A model generated the notes under the pieces. That model was not told where the DNA came from. It did no database searches and saw only the letters and a list, made by a program, of their open reading frames with translations. The translations under genes and the position numbers were made by a program. From the NCBI GenBank assembly GCA_038841535.1, contig JAWBTQ010000001.1, positions 180,142 through 244,141 on the forward strand: DNA of 64,000 bases. Direction: 5' to 3'. Source of the stretch: Sulfolobales archaeon. GTDB taxonomy: Archaea; Thermoproteota; Thermoprotei_A; Sulfolobales; NBVN01. Shown here piece after piece: positions 31,624 through 40,275 of this stretch. Position 1 is the stretch's first letter, and each line of letters begins with the position of its first letter.

Positions 31624-31845
31624 TTTATAAACACCTTTACAGTGATATATGTAGATACATCTCGATGAGGGATCGAGAGCCGCTGTAGTGCTGTAGTTGA
31701 CGGCTCTCCCCGAGGTACACCAAGATGTGGGGTGCTAGGGGTAGCCCCGAACGCCCCCAAGGGTGATGCAAACCCAAGACCTATGCGGGGGAACAGAGAT
31801 GAAGCAATGAAACCAACCAATATAAACCTATATCGGAGCTGAACC
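31624..31845 (+). mobile_element. Family B element, copy 1: TATA + 5' hairpin + tnpB-tail/omegaRNA-like scaffold (internally deleted IS200/IS605 derivative or ncRNA)
   Basis: TTTATAAA at 31624; stem GAGAGCCG/CGGCTCTC (31675-31708); 31721-31845 aligns with 42932-42809 on the minus strand. Confidence 0.7.
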
Positions 31846-32274
31846 CCTACAGTACTTACTAAGGTAGTTTTCTAAAATAGCAGCAGACCTCCTGTTAGCT
31901 ATTAGAGTGTGAACCAAACCACCAATCTTTATCTTAATTACGTAAATCTCGCAGTAGAATACTCCACCAATCTTTATAACTTCGCTAGGGCTTACCCCCA
32001 AGTACTTAAGTAGCCTCCCCTCGCTTCTATCAAGCACCTCTATCTTTCTCTTACTCTTTCTCACCGTGAATCCGCATTCGCGTCCCTCAAGAATAAGCTT
32101 CACATACCTCGATATAACGCTACTAACCTCTCGAGGAGACAGTGAACCTTTAGTCCTGCGTGATTCTGAGACCTGCGTATCAAGAACTACTTCAATAAGT
32201 CCATTCTCATTCAATAGCATAGTAGCTGGCATTAAGAACCTACTACTCCTAAATAAAACCTTAACTTTTTTCAA
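31828..32274 (-). CDS. Hypothetical basic protein
   Basis: 148-aa ORF overlapping the rtcB stop (translational coupling); no recognised motif. Confidence 0.65.
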   Translation of the reverse strand: MKKVKVLFRSSRFLMPATMLLNENGLIEVVLDTQVSESRRTKGSLSPREVSSVISRYVKLILEGRECGFTVRKSKRKIEVLDRSEGRLLKYLGVSPSEVIKIGGVFYCEIYVIKIKIGGLVHTLIANRRSAAILENYLSKYCRGSAPI

Positions 32275-33758
32275 CCCTTTGCCACACCGATAGGTCTCAA
32301 ACGCGCCACCAGTTTAGCTATCCTTACCTTGTGGCTAACTACAGCAACTCTATCGACGTCTTTATACGCTCCAGGCGCCTCCTCGGACACAATCCTCGAT
32401 GTTGCTGCTCTTATGTAAATCCCCCTCGAACTCAGTTCTTGTGTCACGCTTTGAGGTCTGTAAGTCCTAATAGCTGCTTCTCTTGACATCCATCTACCAG
32501 CACCGTGAGCTGCTGAATAGAACGTCCTATTACCCTCTGGTATACCGACCATAACGTAACTCGACGTCCCCATAGAGCCAGGTATCAGCACTACCTGACC
32601 TGTGGACTGATGTGCCTTAGGTATGTCTGGGTGACCTGGTGGAAAGGCTCTAGTAGCTCCCTTCCTGTGAACAACTAGCTTCAGACGCTTCCCGTTAACG
32701 ACATGGTCCTCAATTTTAGCTATATTGTGCGCTACATCGTAAATTATCTGAAGACCTAGCTTATCTGGATCTACATTGAATACGCTTCCGAAAGACTCCC
32801 TAACCCAGTGAGTTATAAGCTGCCTATTGGTCCACGCATAGTTGGCTGCTGCGGCCATAGCAGCAAAGTAATCTTCTCCTTCTCTAGTCTTTATAGGTAC
32901 TGAAGCAAGCTCTCTATCTGGAGGTGTTATACCGTATTTCCTCATGGCTCTCTCCATTATCACTAAGTAATCACTAGCTACCTGGTGTCCTAACCCGCGA
33001 GAGCCCGTATGTATCATCACCATGATCTGTCCATCATGCTCTATCCCAAGCGCCTTGGCTACACCGGCATCGTAAATTTTGTCTACTACTTGAACCTCAA
33101 GGAAGTGGTTTCCCGCTCCCAACGTACCTAACTGAGGAGCCCCACGCTCTTTAGCTACTCTACTAACCTTACTCGGATCTGCCCCACGCATCGCACCCCT
33201 TTCTTCTATGTAGTCCGGGTCTTCCGGCCACCCAAACCCTTTACCTATAGCCCACTCCGCGCCATCGTGTAAGACCTTATCTAGCTCGGAGAAAGTGAGT
33301 CTAACCTTACCAGTACTTCCAACACCGGATGGAACATTGCGGAATATAGTGTCGATAAGTTCCTTTAGCTTCGTTCTGACATCGTCTAAACTCAAGTTCG
33401 TTCTCAGTAACCTTACTCCGCAGTTAATATCGTAACCTACTCCACCAGGAGATATAACTCCTTCCTCGTACTCCATTCCGGCGACCCCACCTATCGGAAA
33501 TCCATACCCCTGGTGACCATCCGGCATTACGTAGGAAGCTGAAACTATTCCGTTTAAGCAAGCGACGTTTGCTGCTTGTGCTAAAGTTAAATCCTCTCTC
33601 ATCTTGCTGATGAGGTAGTCGTCAGCGAATACTACCGCAGGAACCCTCATGCAGTTCTTGTAATCCCTAGGGATCTCCCACGTATATTCGTCCACTCTCT
33701 TTAAGGGCACCTTGGGAGGGGGTCCCCTGTACGCAGCTTCTTCAAACACAGCCTTCAC
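32271..33758 (-). CDS. rtcB: RNA-splicing ligase RtcB
   Basis: MPDGHQGYGFPIGG, GYDINCG, GNHF, HTGSRG, HNIA, HRKGAT, HGAGR; no intein. Confidence 0.98.
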   Translation of the reverse strand: MKAVFEEAAYRGPPPKVPLKRVDEYTWEIPRDYKNCMRVPAVVFADDYLISKMREDLTLAQAANVACLNGIVSASYVMPDGHQGYGFPIGGVAGMEYEEGVISPGGVGYDINCGVRLLRTNLSLDDVRTKLKELIDTIFRNVPSGVGSTGKVRLTFSELDKVLHDGAEWAIGKGFGWPEDPDYIEERGAMRGADPSKVSRVAKERGAPQLGTLGAGNHFLEVQVVDKIYDAGVAKALGIEHDGQIMVMIHTGSRGLGHQVASDYLVIMERAMRKYGITPPDRELASVPIKTREGEDYFAAMAAAANYAWTNRQLITHWVRESFGSVFNVDPDKLGLQIIYDVAHNIAKIEDHVVNGKRLKLVVHRKGATRAFPPGHPDIPKAHQSTGQVVLIPGSMGTSSYVMVGIPEGNRTFYSAAHGAGRWMSREAAIRTYRPQSVTQELSSRGIYIRAATSRIVSEEAPGAYKDVDRVAVVSHKVRIAKLVARLRPIGVAKG

Positions 33759-33790
33759 CAGTATATTAGGTACCTCCGACGCTAATAACT

Positions 33791-34321
33791 CTAAGTTCTA
33801 TCTTTATTAAAGGTAACGGTATGCCAAAGCAATTCGTAAGAGCCTGAAAAGCTTAAAACACAGTTCTCACCTATTTCGCTCAAGATACTATTAACTACAC
33901 TCACTAGCTCTACATCCAGAGCTTTAAAGCAACTAACTTCCCTAGATACGTAAACTCCTTCGGTGGACACCTCTACGTAACATGACTTCGAGGTGAGGGA
34001 ATGATATATTCGTGTCACAAAGTCGCGTGCGTCTATCTCAGACGTTAGAATTACCTCAACGACGATACTGCTGACACTCGGTGGAGTGTAGATTATGGAT
34101 ACTGCTACATCTCTTAATAGATTTTTACTGCAACTGAAATCGAACTTCATTCTTACGGTGTTAGCAACGTACTCTTCAGCTTCCACTAGAAGCCTCCTAA
34201 TCGTCTCTAAGGGTACAAGGTTCTTAAGGAACTTGCTTAAACACTCCAGGCTAGCTTCTTCATTACCTCTGGCATCAGTTAGCAACACTCTACCCCTACT
34301 ACTCGAAGCAATCCCTATCAA
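33791..34321 (-). CDS. Hypothetical protein
   Basis: 176-aa ORF co-oriented upstream of rtcB; no recognised motif. Confidence 0.6.
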   Translation of the reverse strand: MIGIASSSRGRVLLTDARGNEEASLECLSKFLKNLVPLETIRRLLVEAEEYVANTVRMKFDFSCSKNLLRDVAVSIIYTPPSVSSIVVEVILTSEIDARDFVTRIYHSLTSKSCYVEVSTEGVYVSREVSCFKALDVELVSVVNSILSEIGENCVLSFSGSYELLWHTVTFNKDRT

Positions 34322-34463
34322 GATTCCTAGTATAATTATAAAGACAACTAAGTGCGAACCTAGGAAATCAGTTCAAGAGTTCTAGGGTCTTGTAGCTGTT
34401 TTAGTGTGTAAGGTTATTGAAGTTTCCATCGATGTTTTAGAGTCAGGAGGAGCCTAGTGCATT

Positions 34464-34662
34464 CTCCGACCTTGGGGGGTGTTGGCGGGCGATGTCGGAG
34501 CCTCTAGGGGATGTTTACGAAAGTGTAGATGTGGATCTGTGCCGTCGGGCTCGAAGGGGCTCAAGACCCTCATGTGGAGTAGTCGGTAGCGACGTTGAGC
34601 CACGGAGTCGAGACCCAGCCACCACAGAAAAACCTGAGGAAACCTTGGGGTGGGAACAGTAT
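34464..34662 (+). mobile_element. Family A element, copy 1: 5' hairpin + tnpB-tail/omegaRNA-like scaffold
   Basis: Stem CTCCGAC/GTCGGAG (34464-34500); 34526-34662 aligns with 43141-43002 on the minus strand. Confidence 0.7.
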
Positions 34663-34694
34663 ATTCCCGCACCTAGAGGAAATCGTATAAAATA

Positions 34695-35171
34695 CTACTT
34701 CATTGCTACAAACAGCGTCGACCTTGTTGCTTTGAGACCTGGTTCACCGTGCTCTACTTTCTTTGTTGATATAGCGAACTCTCCTAAGTAGTGTCCTATC
34801 ATTTCGGGCGTGATCTTTACTGGAACGTACTCTTTGCCGTTGTACACAGCTATAGTTAAACCCACCATTACTGGGAGTACTATAGCATCTCTTACGTGGG
34901 TTTTTACCACTACGTTTTTCCCGCGAGCTAGCATCTCTCTAGCTTTTAGGACTTTCCTGAGTAGCTTTAATCTCTCCGGTTCGTCTCTCTCTGAGTTCAA
35001 CATACCGTACTCAACCATCTTGACCCTTATTTCCGGGTCAGACATTCTCAAGAGGCTTCTTCTAACTCTGGCAGGCAGTAGTTTCACTAGTTCGTCCATA
35101 GGCATGTTCATGAGTTCCTCTAGAGACTTGCCCCTATACCTGAATTTAGCCCACTCGGGCGGTAGCTCCAT
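34695..35171 (-). CDS. rps19: 30S ribosomal protein uS19
   Basis: FRYRG, KTHVRD, YNGK, GHYLGEF. Confidence 0.97.
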   Translation of the reverse strand: MELPPEWAKFRYRGKSLEELMNMPMDELVKLLPARVRRSLLRMSDPEIRVKMVEYGMLNSERDEPERLKLLRKVLKAREMLARGKNVVVKTHVRDAIVLPVMVGLTIAVYNGKEYVPVKITPEMIGHYLGEFAISTKKVEHGEPGLKATRSTLFVAMK

Positions 35172-35225
35172 TCTCGTATCAGGCGTAGTCTATCCCCTCA
35201 ACATCTCGACTATTAGCCTAATAAG

Positions 35226-35942
35226 CTATCTCTTCGTCCTCCCAGTTCTTTTAGCAGCTATGTGACCCACCTTACGCCCTGGTGGAGCGTTTCTAGATAC
35301 TGTCGAAGATCTCGAAACGCTCTGGTGGGAGCCACCGCCGTGTGGATGCGATACTGCATTCATCACCACTCCTCTCACCTTAGGCCACTTTCTCGCTTTA
35401 ACCCTCCACTTATGATAAGATAATCCGGCTTTCAGTAATGGTTTTTCTGGTCTACCAGCACCAGCGGGAACACCTATAGTAGCTCTACAGCTCCCCAAGA
35501 CCATTCTCTGCTCACCGCTCGGTAAGAGCACTATCACATAGCTTCCGGACTTACCAAGCACTACAGAGTAGCTCCCAGCCTGTCTAGCAAGCTTACCACC
35601 GTCACCTGGTCTCAGCTCTATGTTAAAGATCTTCGTGCCCTCCGGTATCTTACTTAATGGGAGGATGTTTCCAACAGCTATCGGAGATTGAGGTCCTACG
35701 TAGACTACTTGCCCTTCGTAAATGCCTTCAGCTGCCGGAACATAGAACTCTGAACCGTCCTCTAGTACTATCCGTGCTAGAGGGACCCAACGTCCAGGGT
35801 CGTGCGTTAGCTCTACTACAACTCCCCTCTTAGTGCCCTCAGTTAGAGTGGGATACCTCGCCGGTGCTACTCTTAGATGATATGGGCTTCTAAATACTGA
35901 AGTCCCTCTTCCAGCTCTCTGCGACAGTATCCTCTTACCCAC
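35226..35942 (-). CDS. rpl2: 50S ribosomal protein uL2
   Basis: MGKRI, HDPGR, MNAVSHPHGGG, PPGRKVG. Confidence 0.97.
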   Translation of the reverse strand: MGKRILSQRAGRGTSVFRSPYHLRVAPARYPTLTEGTKRGVVVELTHDPGRWVPLARIVLEDGSEFYVPAAEGIYEGQVVYVGPQSPIAVGNILPLSKIPEGTKIFNIELRPGDGGKLARQAGSYSVVLGKSGSYVIVLLPSGEQRMVLGSCRATIGVPAGAGRPEKPLLKAGLSYHKWRVKARKWPKVRGVVMNAVSHPHGGGSHQSVSRSSTVSRNAPPGRKVGHIAAKRTGRTKR

Positions 35943-35957
35943 TCAGACCACCACCCA

Positions 35958-36221
35958 TTATACCATACCTAACTTAGTGGCTACGTCTGACGCCTTATAT
36001 TCTTGAGTTAGCTTAACGTAAGCCTTCTTCTCTCCTTTAGGCGTTATTACGGTTCGGACTCTCAGCACTTTAACACCAAATAGTTCTTCAACCGCTCTCT
36101 TAATATCGTGCTTAGTCGCCCTCAGGTCAACTATGAATATGAGCGTGTTGTACCTCTCCATATAAGCTATTGCCTTCTCGCTTGAGACAGCGGCTTTAAT
36201 TACGTTGGGCAACTTACTCAC
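35958..36221 (-). CDS. rpl23: 50S ribosomal protein uL23
   Basis: [19 protein letters not shown]. Confidence 0.96.
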   Translation of the reverse strand: MSKLPNVIKAAVSSEKAIAYMERYNTLIFIVDLRATKHDIKRAVEELFGVKVLRVRTVITPKGEKKAYVKLTQEYKASDVATKLGMV

Positions 36222-37027
36222 AGTGTTATCACCTCAAACTTCTCGCCTATCTTGCTGAGAGCACTAGCAGTTATTACCATGAGTCTGCCAGGATGACCCC
36301 CAGGAGCCAGGTGCATAACGCCAAGCAGGTCCGCAGAGACTACCTCAACACCGGGTAAGGCTCTGCCCGCTCTAACAACGGGGCTCTTTTTACCTGAGAC
36401 AACTATTAGCAGAGACCTCGGCTCATCATATCTCCTCCCTCTCATTTTGCCTTTACCAGCTCTTATCTTTGTTCCTCTGCGGGCCCTCACGACATCATCC
36501 CAGACCTTGAGAGTCTTTAGGACTTTCTTTAGAGCTGACGTCTTATCTATGTTCTCTAGATCGTCTATGACGACGACCGGCAGAGTAGATGCGGAGAACT
36601 TGTGGCCCCTATGTCTAACGAGGTCGGTTTCCGAGGTAGCTGCTAGTGCCGACGCTAGAGCGAGTAACCTCTCTTTCTTATTTACTCTTTCATGTATTCT
36701 CTCGGCTATAGTAGGTGGAAACGCTAGTCGACCACCTCTGACTTGAGGAGCGATTACGGCTCTACCGTTATCAAGCCTGGGGACTCTAGCTACCGAGTAG
36801 TTTATCCCCCATGATTCGCCGACTCTTCTTTTACCTGCCAGCTCGTCCCTACCCTTGGGTTGTATACGCGCCGTTAAAGCTGATAGAAACGCCCTCCTTA
36901 TTATATCTCTCCTGACCGGGACAGAGAAGACTAGCGGTAGCTCTACCTCCTTCACAATACTCCCATCAAGACCGTATAGCGGTACCCTCTTCGGTGCGAC
37001 CTTCGCTGGCAACACTATCGTCATCAT
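36218..37027 (-). CDS. rpl4: 50S ribosomal protein uL4
   Basis: [26 protein letters not shown]. Confidence 0.97.
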   Translation of the reverse strand: MMTIVLPAKVAPKRVPLYGLDGSIVKEVELPLVFSVPVRRDIIRRAFLSALTARIQPKGRDELAGKRRVGESWGINYSVARVPRLDNGRAVIAPQVRGGRLAFPPTIAERIHERVNKKERLLALASALAATSETDLVRHRGHKFSASTLPVVVIDDLENIDKTSALKKVLKTLKVWDDVVRARRGTKIRAGKGKMRGRRYDEPRSLLIVVSGKKSPVVRAGRALPGVEVVSADLLGVMHLAPGGHPGRLMVITASALSKIGEKFEVITL

Positions 37028-37038
37028 GTTTATCCACC

Positions 37039-38061
37039 TTACTGCTTGCTTTCCAAGCTAACGTATACAATTTTAGGAGGCTCTAATATAGCTTTTGCTG
37101 GTGGTCTTATTGGCCACCGAAGCACTATTGGTCTCTTTGGTGGACCAAATACGCTGCCTAAGAGCAGAACATAAGTAGACCTAATTACCCCGTAATGAGG
37201 AAAGCCTCCGGATGGCGTGATCTCGTGTCCGTTATTGCTTATATTAAGTATCCACTTATTAAAGTCCGTTCTCCTGTGGAACCCCATTTGACCGGCCTGC
37301 GGCACAGTACTGAGGGAACCCATTGCGGGAGATCTAGCTCCGATCCTCCTACTCCCTTTTCTGTGCTTATGCCATTTAGGAAGTTCTCTAACACCAAACC
37401 TCTTAATAACTCCCTGAAAGCCCTTACCCTTAGTAACACCTATTACATCAACAAATTGACCAGTAGAAAAGATGTTAGAGATCTCGATAGGCTTTCCCAG
37501 AGTTGATAACGCAAAGCTTACTCTATCATGAATGCTACCACCTCCAACTTTAACCTCTAAGAGGTCAGGAACCTTCTTACTCAAGCCTCCGGTCAATCTA
37601 GGCTGAGTTGCTGCTATTATCGCTACGTCTACTACTCTGTCTACGTAACTTAGAACCATCTTGGTTCTATGCTCGTTCTTCTGGGGGTCTACAGATAATG
37701 CCGATATCTTGCGCCATAGTCCTAACTCTCTCGGCGGCTCTGCCCATATCTCAGTTAATGTCTTAAGACTACCCATGCTTCCATAGGTATAGAACCTCGC
37801 ACCTAGTGAAACCATTGGGGGAGTTTCGATAACTGTAGCAGGAACCGTAATCTCTTGACCATACGTCATAGAACCTGGTCTGCTATCTACTATAACGAGG
37901 TGCGTCATTCCAGCCTTATAGCCAACAAAAGCTAGAGGCTTTGGACTGGCTAGGTCTACTTCAGGCCACGATTTCACTCTCGGAAGTAGTCTCTGTGCTC
38001 TCTTTCGAGGTCTAACACCTAAACTACCCCTACGTGGAGCTGAGTGCTTTCTTCGTGCCAC
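37039..38061 (-). CDS. rpl3: 50S ribosomal protein uL3
   Basis: PRRGSLG, GYKAGMTH, KGKGFQG, AGQMGFH. Confidence 0.97.
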   Translation of the reverse strand: MARRKHSAPRRGSLGVRPRKRAQRLLPRVKSWPEVDLASPKPLAFVGYKAGMTHLVIVDSRPGSMTYGQEITVPATVIETPPMVSLGARFYTYGSMGSLKTLTEIWAEPPRELGLWRKISALSVDPQKNEHRTKMVLSYVDRVVDVAIIAATQPRLTGGLSKKVPDLLEVKVGGGSIHDRVSFALSTLGKPIEISNIFSTGQFVDVIGVTKGKGFQGVIKRFGVRELPKWHKHRKGSRRIGARSPAMGSLSTVPQAGQMGFHRRTDFNKWILNISNNGHEITPSGGFPHYGVIRSTYVLLLGSVFGPPKRPIVLRWPIRPPAKAILEPPKIVYVSLESKQ

Positions 38062-38178
38062 CGCTACCGCCTTACCTACTTCATTACCAGTACTCCACTT
38101 TAAAGCTTTTTCATTATATACTCCATTTAACTTTTAGCATCAATGTCTCCACCGATGCTGGCAATAGGTAAGATAGAA

Positions 38179-38232
38179 AGTCAGGCTTCGGGAGATACCT
38201 CACAACTCGGTACTCGGCTTTTACATCATCCA
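38179..38232 (-). ncRNA. Candidate box C/D methylation-guide sRNA
   Basis: Minus strand ATGATGT-aaaagccgagta-CCGA-gtt-GTGAGGT-atctcccgaagc-CTGA has the C, 12-nt guide, D', C', 12-nt guide, D layout. The D guide is complementary to conserved 23S CUUCGGGAGA. Confidence 0.65.
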
Positions 38233-38289
38233 CTTCTGATCGGCTATAACACTTAAAAGCTATGGAATACACTGCACTCGGTGCGTGAA

Positions 38290-38418
38290 ATGGGCGGTAG
38301 ACAGAGGACAACTCTTTTTATGGGAATAGGTGAGAGTGGGAGCTCCAAGGAAGCCGAAAAGGCTAAAAGCGAAGGCAAAAAGCAGGCAGCTGGAGAGAAG
38401 GAGAAGAAGAAAAAGTAA
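38290..38418 (+). CDS. Unannotated 42-aa Lys/Glu-rich small protein
   Basis: MGGRQRTTLFMGIGESGSSKEAEKAKSEGKKQAAGEKEKKKK*; TATA-like CTTAAAAG near 38252, GGTG 6 nt before the ATG, stop 15 nt before the SPOUT gene. Confidence 0.6.
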   Translation: MGGRQRTTLFMGIGESGSSKEAEKAKSEGKKQAAGEKEKKKK

Positions 38419-38433
38419 GTAGCCGGGATACTA

Positions 38434-39288
38434 GTGTTTAAATGGCCTCCCCCATTAGGGCGCCATTCTGTAGCTGTAGTGATACCCTCCTCAAACCTTG
38501 TTCTCTATAAAGAACTAAGGCTAAAGACAAGGTTGGCTGGAGACTACATTAGGGCTTTAGCTGTATTTAGAGTCTCCACTCTTGCTGTATTTAAAGACCC
38601 GGATTCCACTGTGGAAGACCATAATCTCTTCTTAAAGATCTCGAGGTACATGCTTGTACCACCCTACTTACGTGTTAAAACCGAGGTGTTGAGTGAAGAC
38701 CTCCGGTTTGCTGGGTTATTGCCTCCACTAACGATCTACCCTCATAACCCAGAAAGTAGGCAAGTAGCCTCCGGAGACATTAGGTTCGGGCTAGTACTTA
38801 GTGAGCACGGTTTAGTTGACATAGGCTGGGAGAGACCTTGCAGATTACTTGATGTGTACTACGCTAGACCCGGTGACATAAAGCTAGTTAAATTGGAGAG
38901 CACGGAACCACTACTATGTCGCGAAGTGAGTGAACCACCCATTTATGCTGGTTATAGAGTTGTAAACTTAACTGACAGAGCTAGTCTTACTGACTTTCTC
39001 GAGCATTACGACTTAGTTATAAACACTAGTAAAAAAGGTGTGCTCGTACACAACGTCCTCAAGGATAGGGAAATTCTCAACAAACTAGGAGGGGCTAAAT
39101 CTATTTGCTTACTGTTCGGCAACCCAAGGAAGGACTTCGACGAACTTGTTGGAGAAGACGTGAGAAAGGACCTTGTAATAAACTTTATTCCAGGACAAGG
39201 AACCCTAACCGTCAGAACATATGAAGCACTAATTTCGTCTCTAGCTATACTCAACGTTCTGCTTGAAATATATCACGCAAAGCCTTAA
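38434..39288 (+). CDS. SPOUT RNA methyltransferase (MTH1/SPOUT1, DUF171-like)
   Basis: YMLVPPYLR, AGLLPPL, YAGY, LFGNP, INFIPGQGTLTVRTYEA. Confidence 0.9.
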   Translation: MFKWPPPLGRHSVAVVIPSSNLVLYKELRLKTRLAGDYIRALAVFRVSTLAVFKDPDSTVEDHNLFLKISRYMLVPPYLRVKTEVLSEDLRFAGLLPPLTIYPHNPESRQVASGDIRFGLVLSEHGLVDIGWERPCRLLDVYYARPGDIKLVKLESTEPLLCREVSEPPIYAGYRVVNLTDRASLTDFLEHYDLVINTSKKGVLVHNVLKDREILNKLGGAKSICLLFGNPRKDFDELVGEDVRKDLVINFIPGQGTLTVRTYEALISSLAILNVLLEIYHAKP

Positions 39289-39510
39289 ACAGTTCGGAGT
39301 TAGCCTATCTCACTAGCTCTCTACAAAATGAATACTCAATGCGGGCCAATAAAACCTCCTTGTAAGGCCGAGAAAACTATTTTTAATCTAGGTAATTTTG
39401 AAAATCGAGCTATTCGGGTTAAATCTCTAACGAACACTTAAGTGATAAGGTATCCTTACTGCGCCGTCGTTTAACTTTTTAACTCGTTAGGATCTTACAA
39501 TAGGACTTCC

Positions 39511-40227
39511 ATGAAGGTGGCGGTAAAATATTTCGCAGTACTAAGAGAGGTAGTTGGGGAAAGTAGCGAAGAACTTGTTTTCGACTCATGCCATGCGACT
39601 GTTAGAGAGGTTCTAGAAGCAGTAATTCGTAAACACCCGGAGCTATCCACACTGGTTTCCGGTGGGCTCGTTCTAGTAATACATAGGGGGAGCATAATCA
39701 GAGAGCTCGACCATGAACTCGATCTATGCTTGGAACCTACAGTAGACCTAATTCCTCCTTCTGCTGGTGGTGAGAGTTCTAGTGAAACCCGCATCCTACT
39801 TGAGCAAGCCGTGGATGCTGAAGCTTTCTTGCGTAATCTCCTAAGTAAACTAGACCCAGAAGCTGGTGCTATAGCACTATACTTTGGTGTAGTTAAGGGT
39901 GAGGTGGAGAGTAGTAAAGTCGAGGAACTCAAGTATGAACACCATAAAGAATACACAGAGAAAGCTCTTGAGAAAATCTCTCTAGAGGTTTCAAGAATCG
40001 AGGGTGTAAAATATGTTGCTATACACCACAGCATAGGTACGTTTAAGCCGGGCGACATAGTCTTTGCTGTAGGGGTCGTTAGTCGGGGTAGAAAGAGTGC
40101 TATTGCGGCACTACAAGAAGTCGTTGAGAGAGTAAAAGGCGAGGCGGCTATCTGGAAGATTGAGGTAAGAGAAGACGGGGCATTCTGGGTCATAGGGGAT
40201 GGTAAGAGAATTCGAACAAAGTTGTAA
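39511..40227 (+). CDS. Fused MoaD-MoaE molybdopterin synthase (MoaX-like)
   Basis: N-terminal VKYFAVLRE...IPPSAGG ubiquitin-like domain joined to MoaE (GAIALYFGVVK, YEHH, IWKIE). Confidence 0.9.
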   Translation: MKVAVKYFAVLREVVGESSEELVFDSCHATVREVLEAVIRKHPELSTLVSGGLVLVIHRGSIIRELDHELDLCLEPTVDLIPPSAGGESSSETRILLEQAVDAEAFLRNLLSKLDPEAGAIALYFGVVKGEVESSKVEELKYEHHKEYTEKALEKISLEVSRIEGVKYVAIHHSIGTFKPGDIVFAVGVVSRGRKSAIAALQEVVERVKGEAAIWKIEVREDGAFWVIGDGKRIRTKL

Positions 40228-40275
40228 GTCCTTAGCTACGCAACAGAATGTTCTCGCTTAATATAGGTTGGTTGC

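Noticed and set aside
34669-34678. 10-mer CACCTAGAGG shared between the family A copy 1 flank and the copy 2 upstream region, as a guide-target pair
   Set aside because: Too short to exceed chance, and the element ends are not precisely defined.
38114-38311. 65-aa minus-strand ORF upstream of uL3
   Set aside because: No motif; it overlaps the C/D sRNA candidate and promoters.
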